From a bacterium (GTDB lineage Archaea > Aenigmatarchaeota > Aenigmatarchaeia > CG10238-14 > SCSR01), in contig DAIDAX010000001.1 in assembly GCA_027310405.1 (NCBI GenBank), positions 7,580 to 71,579 on the forward strand: a stretch of DNA of 64,000 nucleotides. Direction: 5' to 3'. A program made the position numbers and the translations under genes. Numbering within the stretch: position 1 is the first letter of the stretch; each line of letters begins with the position of its first letter. Below, piece after piece: positions 8,613 to 17,383 of this stretch. The notes under the pieces are model-generated. The model had not been told where the DNA came from. It searched no databases and saw nothing but the letters and a program-made list of their open reading frames with translations.

Positions 8613-9887
8613 ATGATTCAACTCGAATTTCTTGGAGCCATGGCAAGTGTTGGTGCGAGCGGGATTTATCTGGACACTGGCGCAGAAAAAATTCTCATGG
8701 ATTATGGAGCGGACGTTGAAGAAACTCCGGCCAGACCACCACTACCCGTTCCCGGAAAAGTCGATGCGATAATTGCAACGCATGCACACTTTGACCACGT
8801 TGGGTCGATTCCAATATTGATGCAGAAAAATCTCTCTCCAATTTTCGGTTTGCCTGTTACAAAAGAATTGACAGAAATGTTACTGAAAGATTCGTTGAAA
8901 ATAAACAAACAAGAAATCGGGGACATCGAGGGAGCAAAATTACCGTTCACCGAAAAAGAAATTCATCTTGCTGTAAAACATTTTGAACCAATCAACTATC
9001 GAAAAACTTTCAAGGTCCACAGCACTGACGTAACTTTTTTCGACGCAGGTCACATTCCCGGAAGTGCACTGACATTCATTCAAAACCGCGACACGAAAAT
9101 TTTGTACACCGGAGACTACAACACAGTCGATAGTCGTTTGCTTTCAAAATGTGATGAAGATTTACCGAAATTCGATACGTTGATCACAGAGAGCACGTAC
9201 AGCGACAGAGACCATCCGGACAGAAAGAAGAGCGAAAAAGATCTTGCTGAGGTTGTCAAGCATACTGTATCTAACGGAGGAGTTGCACTGGTTTCCAGTT
9301 TTGCAGTCGGGCGTGCACAGGAGCTTCTACTTGTTCTCGATAAGTTTGGAATCGATGCGCCTATTTACATGGACGGAATGGCGAAAAAATCTACGACGAT
9401 TGTCAACAAACACAAAAACATGCTGCGCGATCCAGAAGCACTCGAGACAGCACTTAAGGATGTGAAATTCGTTGCAAAAGACAAAATGCGTGCGAGAATC
9501 GTCAAGGAACCATGTGTTATTATCACGACCAGCGGAATGCTCGACGGTGGACCGATTGTTCCGTATATAGAAATGTTACACAATGATGAAAATTCTTCAC
9601 TGCTTCTCACTGGTTGGCAGGCGAAAGGTAGCGGAGGAAAGATTTTGCTCGAGACAGGAAAATTTCCAATTCGCGAGAAAGACGTGGAAGTAAAAATGTT
9701 TGTCAAGCGCTTCGATTTTTCTGCTCATCTCGGGAGAAAACAACTTTTCGACTTCATCGAAGCACACAGTCCGGAGAAAGTTTTTTGCGTGCATGGAGAT
9801 CACACCGAAGAATTTGCAGAAGAGTTGCGGCAGAAAGGTTTTGACGCTTTTGCTCCAGTCGCGAACAACCGAGTCTTCCAAGTTTAG
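8613..9887 (+). CDS. metallo-beta-lactamase fold beta-CASP ribonuclease (aCPSF/RNase J-like)
   Basis: It carries the HAHFDH motif (HxHxDH), later Asp/His motifs and a C-terminal VHGDH motif characteristic of beta-CASP RNases; 424 aa. Confidence 0.65.
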   Translation: MIQLEFLGAMASVGASGIYLDTGAEKILMDYGADVEETPARPPLPVPGKVDAIIATHAHFDHVGSIPILMQKNLSPIFGLPVTKELTEMLLKDSLKINKQEIGDIEGAKLPFTEKEIHLAVKHFEPINYRKTFKVHSTDVTFFDAGHIPGSALTFIQNRDTKILYTGDYNTVDSRLLSKCDEDLPKFDTLITESTYSDRDHPDRKKSEKDLAEVVKHTVSNGGVALVSSFAVGRAQELLLVLDKFGIDAPIYMDGMAKKSTTIVNKHKNMLRDPEALETALKDVKFVAKDKMRARIVKEPCVIITTSGMLDGGPIVPYIEMLHNDENSSLLLTGWQAKGSGGKILLETGKFPIREKDVEVKMFVKRFDFSAHLGRKQLFDFIEAHSPEKVFCVHGDHTEEFAEELRQKGFDAFAPVANNRVFQV

Positions 9888-10336
9888 TCTTCATCGACTG
9901 CTTCGACAAGGACTTCCATTTTTGGCTCAGCACGTTTCCTCTCCAAATCTTCTACGTACTTGACAAGACTGGTTGGAGGATAAACTAAATTATTTTTTCC
10001 TGCGTAGAGTTCTGACCATTCGTCGTCTCCGTCCTTGACAAAAATTACTCTGTAGGCATTTCCGTACGGACTGTGCACGCCCACGACAATGTTGCCGTCA
10101 TAAACAAAAACGCCGTCCGGTACATAGACCTTTTTAGTTTGAGATCCGTACTTCGGAAGCAGCTGCGAAATTCTGTTCCCAAAAATTTCGTTGAACAGAT
10201 CCCAGTCGAGAGAATCCATTTCCAGCTTGGTCTTAGCTCTCTCGGCTTTCGAATAGTTTCTATCACTGGGTCCAAGGTCTGCCCAGAAAACATTCAACCC
10301 GTAGTCTGTCTCTGTCTGTACGCTCATGCTACTCAC
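9884..10336 (-). CDS. hypothetical protein (150 aa)
   Basis: The ORF overlaps the next gene's 3' end by 8 nt, so it is probably co-transcribed with it. No family recognised. Confidence 0.4.
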   Translation of the reverse strand: MSSMSVQTETDYGLNVFWADLGPSDRNYSKAERAKTKLEMDSLDWDLFNEIFGNRISQLLPKYGSQTKKVYVPDGVFVYDGNIVVGVHSPYGNAYRVIFVKDGDDEWSELYAGKNNLVYPPTSLVKYVEDLERKRAEPKMEVLVEAVDED

Positions 10337-10922
10337 TTTTCAATCCCAGCATGTCGGGATGTTTTTTCCGGATCTCCTCAACATTTCTTATTATTCCCAA
10401 GTTTAAATTACGGTCTTTGTAAACTATCCCGCCGTCCAAAAAACCACTGAGTTCCTTAGCTGGTAGTCGAGCGGTTGCTTTGTCGATTTCCAATAAAACA
10501 TAACTGACTGGTACCAATTCTATTCCGTCAACAAAAGAATCCGCTGAAAAAACATTTTTCGCTAGATAGCTCACGAATGTTCCTCTGCGCCATTTTGTAC
10601 CTGCTTCTGTTCCACGTTTTTCAACAAAAGGCTTTTCGACTTCGTCTTTGTAAAGAAAATCAAAATCGTCTACAGACAATCTTTCAGGACATCTCAAAAG
10701 TTCTGCTTTTACATATTCAACTGCGCTTCTATGATTGATGGCAAGTTTCTTGAGGTCTTCCAAACCGTCTCTGTAGCTAATTGCCGTTTTTGCAGGAATG
10801 TTCAACGTACCAGTAGCAGGCTTAAATTGGGAAGCTATAGAAATTCCGTCTGGTGTCTCTGTAGGAAATACCACTTGCACACTGTAAATTTCGTTCGGGA
10901 CTCCGTCTGTTGCAATAGACAT
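10329..10922 (-). CDS. hypothetical protein (197 aa)
   Basis: It is the first gene of a two-gene unit on the minus strand, divergent from the 11010 operon. No family recognised. Confidence 0.4.
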   Translation of the reverse strand: MSIATDGVPNEIYSVQVVFPTETPDGISIASQFKPATGTLNIPAKTAISYRDGLEDLKKLAINHRSAVEYVKAELLRCPERLSVDDFDFLYKDEVEKPFVEKRGTEAGTKWRRGTFVSYLAKNVFSADSFVDGIELVPVSYVLLEIDKATARLPAKELSGFLDGGIVYKDRNLNLGIIRNVEEIRKKHPDMLGLKSE

Positions 10923-11009
10923 AATTTTACGGTGTTCAAGGACCCATATAAAGATTTCGCTACTTCAGAATAGTAACGTTTATATGTATGTCACCACTTT
11001 GTAGTAACT

Positions 11010-11291
11010 ATGACAAACCTACAGCAACAGATAGAAATGTGCGCTCAGTATGCCCAGAAGTGGAAAGGACTATCCATTTCTAGTTCGGGTTTAGAGGAAC
11101 AAAAAAAGGCTGCTGAGAGAGCATACTTCTGGCTTGAACTGCAGGCTGCTTTTACTTTTTTATGGGCTGTAGAACAAACACAAGGAAAAGATCCTGAAGT
11201 GAAAAAGAAACTCATTGTCGCGAAAACTAATCTTACAAAGAAACTCGTAGATTATGCAGATAAAGTCTGGAAAGAAATGAGGCTTGGTTGA
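11010..11291 (+). CDS. hypothetical small helical protein (93 aa)
   Basis: The ORF overlaps the downstream Ntn-hydrolase gene by 4 nt (ATGA). Confidence 0.35.
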   Translation: MTNLQQQIEMCAQYAQKWKGLSISSSGLEEQKKAAERAYFWLELQAAFTFLWAVEQTQGKDPEVKKKLIVAKTNLTKKLVDYADKVWKEMRLG

Positions 11292-12061
11292 AAATGACAC
11301 TCTGTATAATTTTAAATGGCACTGACAAAGAACGAGGATCTTACCAAGTTTATGGAAGCGACAGCAGAGCAGAAATTTTTCCAATTAGTACCACAGATCG
11401 TGCTGAAAAACATTTCAAAATTGGCAACCAGTCTGGAATATGTGCCGCTGGTGTAGCGAATTATATGAGAGAATTGTTGGATGATATACAATTAGATCCA
11501 ACTGTTGCTTCTGAAAAACAGATACAAAACCTTGCTGGTAAAATTGGTGAAAAATATTTGCATGTTTGGGAACGACATGTGAGACCAAGACGAATACGTG
11601 CTGATGCTTACCAGAGACCAATGGAACCATTTGATCTTCATGTTGCAGTTGGTGGTTTGGACATCGAACCTAAAATTTATTTTGTTGGCGAAGCGGGTGA
11701 AGCGACTCCAATGATTGATGGCTACATAGCACTGGGTTCGGGAGAATATTATGCAAGACCACGAATGGAAGATTGGATCAGAATTTTTGGAGGCAGTCCT
11801 AAACTTCCAAAAGGAATTCCGAAAATGATTCCGGAGACAGCAACTTTCGGTGTTCTTTACGCGTTGGAAGAAGCCAAAAAGAAAACAAGTTCGGTTGGTG
11901 GTGACTCTCATCTCTCAATAATTACAAAAAATGGATGGAAAGATATTGACGACATAATTCCAAAATATAAACCAAAAATTGAAACATTGATGTCAGAACT
12001 TGAAAGCGAACTTGTGAAAAAAGTTGATACCAACTTAAATCAAGATTTAAAGATAGCTTAA
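11288..12061 (+). CDS. proteasome beta-subunit-like Ntn hydrolase (divergent)
   Basis: It has Thr at position 4 after a 3-aa propeptide (MKM|TLCIIL), a GSDSRAE segment resembling the proteasome AADTRAT, a Lys in the K33-like region (EKHFKIG), and YIALGSGEYYA resembling the conserved GSGS..A loop of proteasome/HslV. A C-terminal extension brings it to 257 aa. Confidence 0.45.
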   Translation: MKMTLCIILNGTDKERGSYQVYGSDSRAEIFPISTTDRAEKHFKIGNQSGICAAGVANYMRELLDDIQLDPTVASEKQIQNLAGKIGEKYLHVWERHVRPRRIRADAYQRPMEPFDLHVAVGGLDIEPKIYFVGEAGEATPMIDGYIALGSGEYYARPRMEDWIRIFGGSPKLPKGIPKMIPETATFGVLYALEEAKKKTSSVGGDSHLSIITKNGWKDIDDIIPKYKPKIETLMSELESELVKKVDTNLNQDLKIA

Positions 12062-12085
12062 TTCTCTGAAAAAGAAAATTATTTT

Positions 12086-12226
12086 GTGGTTATTCGAAAG
12101 AGAGGAAGGACTTGGTATCTTTACACGCACGACGGAAAAAGAATTCTAGGAAAATTTCCAACGAAAAAAGCAGCTCTGAAACGAGAAAGGCAAATTATTT
12201 TCTTCAAGTACAAAAAGAAAGGATGA
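12086..12226 (+). CDS. small basic ORF (46 aa, GTG start) with AP2/integrase-DBD-like pattern
   Basis: A manual translation reads VVIRKRGRTWYLYTHDGKRILGKFPTKKAALKRERQIIFFKYKKKG. The W..Y...G..LG.F.T..EA pattern resembles AP2-type DNA-binding domains. It is below the ORF-track cutoff. Confidence 0.25.
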   Translation: MVIRKRGRTWYLYTHDGKRILGKFPTKKAALKRERQIIFFKYKKKG

Positions 12227-12236
12227 CAAAATCTAA

Positions 12237-13406
12237 TTGATGAAAAAAATTGTTTACATTGTCGTTGACGGTTTAGCGGATTTACCTATCGATGGTAAGA
12301 CTCCACTTTCTGCAGCGAAAAAACCAAACATTGATTGGCTTGCGAAAAACGGTGTGACAGGTTTTATGAATCTTGTTCCGAAAAATTTACCAGTCTGGAC
12401 CCATATAGCTAACATCTCGATGCTTGGCTATGATCCGAAAAAAGTTTACCATAAACGTGGACCATTGGAAGCTGTTGGTTCCGACATTCCATTGCAGGAA
12501 GGACATCTTGCACTGCGTTGCAATTTTGCGACAGTGGACGACAGTATGAACGTTGTAGATAGACGTGCTGGAAGAAATGATTATGGACTGAATGAAATTG
12601 TGCAATACATCAATTCGCATGTAGACATCGGAGTTCCGTATACTTTCTTGCGGACATACGGGCATCGTGCTGTTCTGATTCTAAAAATGAATCTGAGCGA
12701 TGCAATAACTGACAACGATCCTGGAGTGAATGGAAAAAAAATTATACGCATCACAGGACTGAACAGCGAAGGAATGTATTCTGCAAAACTTGTTCAGCAG
12801 TTCGTCGATAAAGTTTACGAGCTGATAAAGTACCATCCGAAAAATGCAGAGAGAAAACAGAAAGGGATTCCTCCAGCTAATTATTTACTTGTTCGCGAAG
12901 CCGGAAATCGTGTTCAAGCTTTTCCGAAATTCTTGAAGTCTCACAAACTGAAGAAGACAGCAGTCGTCGCAGAGCCCGGAGCGACAAAAGGAATTTTCAT
13001 GTTAGCAGGATTCGATGCTACAACAGTCCCTGAAACAGATTTCGAAGAAAGTTTAGAATTTATTTTTGACAACATCCATGCTTTGCTTCCAGATTATCAG
13101 CTGATTGTTGCACACATCAAGGGTCCTGACGAAGCTGCACATGATGGGAATTTTGACAGAAAGAAAAAAATGATTGAAGCGATTGATGAACATCTTGCAG
13201 AATTCAGAAACAAAAACATTGTTGTAGTTCTCACTCCGGATCATATAACTTCTACAGAAAACATGAAACACGAGCATGGTCCAGTTCCATTTTTAGTTTA
13301 CGGCAAAGGTAAAGATAAAGTAAAAACTTTCGACGAGATGTCTGTTAAAAAGGGTAAACTGAAAAATTACACTCCGAAAAAATTGTTGAATTACATTCTA
13401 AAGTAA
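12237..13406 (+). CDS. apgM: 2,3-bisphosphoglycerate-independent phosphoglycerate mutase, archaeal type
   Basis: The N-terminus is typical of archaeal iPGM (IVYIVVDGLADLP...GHLALRCNFATVDD...HIKGPDEAAHDG); 389 aa. Confidence 0.85.
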   Translation: MMKKIVYIVVDGLADLPIDGKTPLSAAKKPNIDWLAKNGVTGFMNLVPKNLPVWTHIANISMLGYDPKKVYHKRGPLEAVGSDIPLQEGHLALRCNFATVDDSMNVVDRRAGRNDYGLNEIVQYINSHVDIGVPYTFLRTYGHRAVLILKMNLSDAITDNDPGVNGKKIIRITGLNSEGMYSAKLVQQFVDKVYELIKYHPKNAERKQKGIPPANYLLVREAGNRVQAFPKFLKSHKLKKTAVVAEPGATKGIFMLAGFDATTVPETDFEESLEFIFDNIHALLPDYQLIVAHIKGPDEAAHDGNFDRKKKMIEAIDEHLAEFRNKNIVVVLTPDHITSTENMKHEHGPVPFLVYGKGKDKVKTFDEMSVKKGKLKNYTPKKLLNYILK

Positions 13407-13438
13407 GTTTATTTTCTGCAAATTCGAATTCGAAATAG

Positions 13439-14608
13439 ATGAGAATTCATTCTTTACACGCACGAGAAATTATTGCAACGAATGCAAAAAAAACTGTCGA
13501 AGTTGAAATTGAAACTGACAAAGGGATTGTTCGAGCTTCAGTGCCTATCGGAACCAGCAAAGGAAAATACGAACCCACTTATCTCCCAACTGAAAGTGCA
13601 GTTAATAAAATTCAAATTGTAAAAAGAAAATTCACTTCTCAAGAATTTTCGCACCAAAAAGAAGTTGACAATCTTCTGAAAGACATTGACGGAACTAGTA
13701 ATTTTCGAGAACTTGGCGGAAATACTTCCCTTGCAATTTCTTCTGCATTTCTGAAAGCTTTTGCATTAGATGGTGGGAAAGATTTGTTTCAATTTGTGGC
13801 GGAAGAATTTGAAACAACTCCAAAAATTCCAAAACCTATAAGCATAGTTGCTGGTGGTTGGAAAGGAACAAGCGATATTCAAGAATTTCATTTTCTTCCT
13901 GTTCATCAAGAAAGTTTTCACGACTCGATTTCAAAAATTTCTGAAGCCTACATTAAACTTGGAGAACTGTTTGCGAAATCCGACAAAAGTTTTCGCTACT
14001 CAAAAAATTTGGAATCTGGCTGGTCGACAAGTTTGAACTTCGAAAAAATTCTAGAATTGATGGGAAATATCGCTGACAAGAATTTTTTAAAAATAGGTTT
14101 AGATTTTGCAGCTTCACAAATTTGGAACGGTGAGAGGTATGTATATTCTTCGGGCGAATCATTGACAACTGCAGAGCAATTGAATTTTGTTGAAAAAATT
14201 TTGAAGACATTTCCTGTTTTGTATGTAGAAGATCCATTTCATCAGGAAGATTTCATAACTTTTGCGACGCTGACACAACTTGTACAACCGAAAATTGTTT
14301 GCGGCGATGACTTGTATGCAACTCAAGTGAACCGTTTGTACTACGGAGGCAATGCAAAATCGACAAATGCGATTTTAATCAAACCAAGCCAAGTGGGAAC
14401 AATCTCCGACACAGTTGAAGCAATAAAAGAAGCCCAACGAGAGGGAATGTCCACTGTATTTTCGCACAGATCTGCGGAAACTGACGATACTTTGATAGCA
14501 CATCTCGCAGTCGGTTTAGGTTGCGACTATGTCAAATTCGGAATTGCTGGAGAGAGAACAGTCAAAATAAACGAACTCTTAAGAATCGAAGATAAGTTAA
14601 AATTATGA
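13439..14608 (+). CDS. eno: enolase (divergent)
   Basis: The N-terminal AREIIATNAKKTVEVEIETDKGIVRASVPIGTSKG matches the enolase start. The C-terminal FSHRSAETDDTLIAHLAVGL...ELLRIEDKL matches the enolase SHRSGETED...LLRIEEEL signature. Confidence 0.75.
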   Translation: MRIHSLHAREIIATNAKKTVEVEIETDKGIVRASVPIGTSKGKYEPTYLPTESAVNKIQIVKRKFTSQEFSHQKEVDNLLKDIDGTSNFRELGGNTSLAISSAFLKAFALDGGKDLFQFVAEEFETTPKIPKPISIVAGGWKGTSDIQEFHFLPVHQESFHDSISKISEAYIKLGELFAKSDKSFRYSKNLESGWSTSLNFEKILELMGNIADKNFLKIGLDFAASQIWNGERYVYSSGESLTTAEQLNFVEKILKTFPVLYVEDPFHQEDFITFATLTQLVQPKIVCGDDLYATQVNRLYYGGNAKSTNAILIKPSQVGTISDTVEAIKEAQREGMSTVFSHRSAETDDTLIAHLAVGLGCDYVKFGIAGERTVKINELLRIEDKLKL

Positions 14609-15639
14609 TCACCATCGATGGTGCAACTGGTTATGGTCAAGTTCTGCGTACGGCGATTGGACTCTCTGCTCTAACTCTCAATCCAATTCGAGTAATCAAC
14701 ATTCGCAAGAATCGACAGAAACCTGGATTGATGCCACAGCATCTCGCAGGTGTGAAAATAGCTGGAGATTTTTGTAATGCATCAATTACCGGAGCTTTGC
14801 CTGGAAGCATGGATGTAGAATTCACTCCAAGATTTCATACATTTTCAGACAAGAAAATTGATGTTGGTACTGCTGGAAGTGTTTCATTACTTTTGCAAAC
14901 TCTTGCTCCACTTTTAATCTTTGCCGATAGATCAGTTGGTTTAGAGATTGTTGGTGGAACTGCAGGTCTTGGTTCTCCATCGATTGAATATACAAAATTT
15001 GTAACTTTTCCTCTGCTTTCTTTATTTGGAATAATTCAACCTACTGTAGAAATTTTGCATCAAGGATTTTATCCAAAAGGCCAAGGATTCATTCGTGCAA
15101 AATTTCATCCAACAAGAAAATTAAATTCGATAAAACATTTGGATAGAGGAAAAGTAGAAAGAGTTCGTGGAATTTCGATTGCAGGATCGTTACCAAAACA
15201 TATCGCGCATCGACAAGCATATTCTGCGCAAAAAATTTTAGTTGAAAATGGAATCGAAGATGTTGACATAAGTATTATCGATAACATTCACACACTTTCA
15301 TCTGGAACTTCATTGACTCTTTGGGCCGAGTGTGAGCATACAATTCTTGGAGCCGACTCTATCGGACAAATTGGAAAACCTGCGGAGAAAGTCGGTGAAG
15401 AAACCGCAAATGATTTGCTCGTTTCAATTAATTCCAATTCAGCTTTTGATAAACATATGAGTGACCAAATAATTCCTTTCATCACTTTGGCTGAAGGAAA
15501 AAGCGAAATCACTGTCGAAAAATTCACAGAACATGTCGAAACAAATCTCAGAGTCACTGAACAAATTCTTGGAGTAAAATTTGAAGTAAATAAATACGAT
15601 AGAAAAATTTCCGTTCAAGGAATTGGATTCAAGAAATAA
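14605..15639 (+). CDS. rtcA: RNA 3'-terminal phosphate cyclase
   Basis: IDGATGYGQVLRTAIGLSAL...NIRKNRQKPGLMPQHL matches the RtcA N-terminal signature. The start overlaps the enolase stop. Confidence 0.85.
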   Translation: MITIDGATGYGQVLRTAIGLSALTLNPIRVINIRKNRQKPGLMPQHLAGVKIAGDFCNASITGALPGSMDVEFTPRFHTFSDKKIDVGTAGSVSLLLQTLAPLLIFADRSVGLEIVGGTAGLGSPSIEYTKFVTFPLLSLFGIIQPTVEILHQGFYPKGQGFIRAKFHPTRKLNSIKHLDRGKVERVRGISIAGSLPKHIAHRQAYSAQKILVENGIEDVDISIIDNIHTLSSGTSLTLWAECEHTILGADSIGQIGKPAEKVGEETANDLLVSINSNSAFDKHMSDQIIPFITLAEGKSEITVEKFTEHVETNLRVTEQILGVKFEVNKYDRKISVQGIGFKK

Positions 15640-15656
15640 AAGTTTGCTACAGAAAT

Positions 15657-15845
15657 TTAAGTGAAAGTCGTCACAACTTTTCCTTTAATTAAAGCCTCTC
15701 CACCTCTCGGTTCAGCCAAAATTTCTCCGCAGTTTGTGCATTTCACAACCGTTGCAACTTTGTTGAAAATAATTTGTTCATTCTTGCATTTTCTACACAC
15801 AACACGTACAAAACGAGAATCTGGCATCGTGACTAAATCTTTCAT
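15657..15845 (-). CDS. rps27e: 30S ribosomal protein S27e
   Basis: The C4 zinc ribbon FVRVVCRKCKNEQIIFNKVATVVKCTNCGEILAEPRGG matches S27e. Confidence 0.85.
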   Translation of the reverse strand: MKDLVTMPDSRFVRVVCRKCKNEQIIFNKVATVVKCTNCGEILAEPRGGEALIKGKVVTTFT

Positions 15846-15863
15846 ACATCAATCACTCCAATT

Positions 15864-16490
15864 TTATTTAAAAACTAATGAAACATCATCCATTAGTTTA
15901 ACTCCTTGGTAATGTTTTTCATGATATGAAAGATTCATTTCCAGTTCTCTACCTCCGGAAGTATATTCGATGTTCAAATTCCCTCTACCTGTTGGAACAT
16001 CAATCGAAAGTGAAGTTGGAGTTTCAGATTCTTCATCAACATTTTCACTGGGGATACCAGCATACTCTAATTGAATTGAACCGACTCTTATACTAACTTT
16101 TTGCATATCCAGATGGTATCCTTTTAACAAACCAGGTAAGCGAGCTTGAAGTTCATCATGCACATCACGAAGAGAAAGTGTTGATAAATTTTTTCTTAGA
16201 GCGATGTAGCCATAAATTAAATATGTTGCATCTCCAGTTTCTGCAAACCCCTTATATTGATTTGGAAATTTTGGAAGCTTCGGTTCGATACAACCTTTAA
16301 AGCCAGATTTTAGATCCGTTATTTGACTTTGGAAATCCCAATCATCGATCTTCTGTGGTGGAAAATTTTTCAAACTAAAAAATAAATTTCCGCTCTCTAG
16401 TTTTTCCTGTAATTCTTTGATTGACGCTTGATATGGAGTGTTGTAAGGTGGAATTGGTAAAGCTTTTTTTGGAATAGTGAAAAGTCTCAT
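15864..16490 (-). CDS. hypothetical protein (about 208 aa) between L44e and S27e genes
   Basis: The track ORF runs 15864-16562. The start is placed at the internal Met whose ATG overlaps the L44e stop (ATGA). It shows no similarity to aIF2-alpha, which often occupies this position. Confidence 0.4.
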   Translation of the reverse strand: MRLFTIPKKALPIPPYNTPYQASIKELQEKLESGNLFFSLKNFPPQKIDDWDFQSQITDLKSGFKGCIEPKLPKFPNQYKGFAETGDATYLIYGYIALRKNLSTLSLRDVHDELQARLPGLLKGYHLDMQKVSIRVGSIQLEYAGIPSENVDEESETPTSLSIDVPTGRGNLNIEYTSGGRELEMNLSYHEKHYQGVKLMDDVSLVFK

Positions 16491-16780
16491 ACTTTCACCA
16501 GCTCGAATTTTTTCACCCGGAATCCTTCGCCATGCATAGTTTTCTTTCCACAGACTGCACATTTATAGCGGAGATCCATCTTCCTTGTTGGTTTCTCCCG
16601 CTTGCCTGGATTTTCTTTTGGAAAACTACCATAACCCAGCATCTTTCTCTTGAAAATTCTCTGTCCGTGCGTCAATGTTCCTCTTGGTTTTCGCTTTGCT
16701 ATCTCTACAAGATGCTCTGTGTGTTTTTTGCACACCGGACAGTAGATGTTTACTTTCTGTGGAAATTTCATGCAAATCAC
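16487..16780 (-). CDS. rpl44e: 50S ribosomal protein L44e
   Basis: It has the L44e zinc-ribbon pattern (YCPVCKKHTEH...KCAVCGKK) and a basic composition. Confidence 0.8.
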   Translation of the reverse strand: MICMKFPQKVNIYCPVCKKHTEHLVEIAKRKPRGTLTHGQRIFKRKMLGYGSFPKENPGKREKPTRKMDLRYKCAVCGKKTMHGEGFRVKKFELVKV

Positions 16781-16803
16781 TTCGTTACAAGCGAATTTAA
16801 GTT

Positions 16804-17364
16804 TTACTTATTTATTTTGAACTCTTCAACTACTCCGCGTTCAACAAGAATTTTCATGTTGTCCTCTGGAAGTTTAGCGACATCTCCTTTCTTGAACGGA
16901 CCGTAAGTTTTCAAATCGCTTCCGACAAATTCTGGAACATCTTCTTTGAAAAGAATTAGTGTCTCTTTCTCCCCACGTTCGCTCTGTAGAACACGCGATA
17001 TATTTTCGTCTCTCCTATCTTTAATCAACTTAACTAGAGAATTGAAAAAAGTTTTTTCTTCTTCAAGCATGTTCTCAGGTTGCCCATGCGAACGTGCGGC
17101 GATTATTGCAAATTTTAAAATTTTGCTTTCTCGTTTATTAAATACATCCTCAATAAGTCTCTCAATCTGTTTCATCTCGAGAACAATTTTTCTGTCGTCC
17201 TTAAGAGTCAGTTGACGCTTCTGAAAAAGATAATCATTGACAGTTTTGTAAAAATTCTCCGGAAGTTTTGTTAGTTTTTGGATTCTTTGTTCTTCGCGTT
17301 GAATTCTGCGAATCAGTTCAAAAGTTATTGTTTCTTCAGCCACACCTATCAATTTACTATACAA
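16804..17364 (-). CDS. hypothetical protein, possibly GINS-like replication factor
   Basis: A 186-aa helical N-domain (LPENFYKTVNDYL...) plus a small C-domain sits immediately downstream of the primase gene on the same strand. The GINS assignment is a weak guess from architecture. Confidence 0.25.
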   Translation of the reverse strand: MYSKLIGVAEETITFELIRRIQREEQRIQKLTKLPENFYKTVNDYLFQKRQLTLKDDRKIVLEMKQIERLIEDVFNKRESKILKFAIIAARSHGQPENMLEEEKTFFNSLVKLIKDRRDENISRVLQSERGEKETLILFKEDVPEFVGSDLKTYGPFKKGDVAKLPEDNMKILVERGVVEEFKINK

Positions 17365-17383
17365 GGAGCAAGCTTAAAACGTT

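Noticed and set aside
13848-14237. Short ORFs (62 aa plus-strand, 94 aa minus-strand) inside enolase
   Set aside because: They are embedded in or antisense to the enolase gene, which has strong end-to-end homology.
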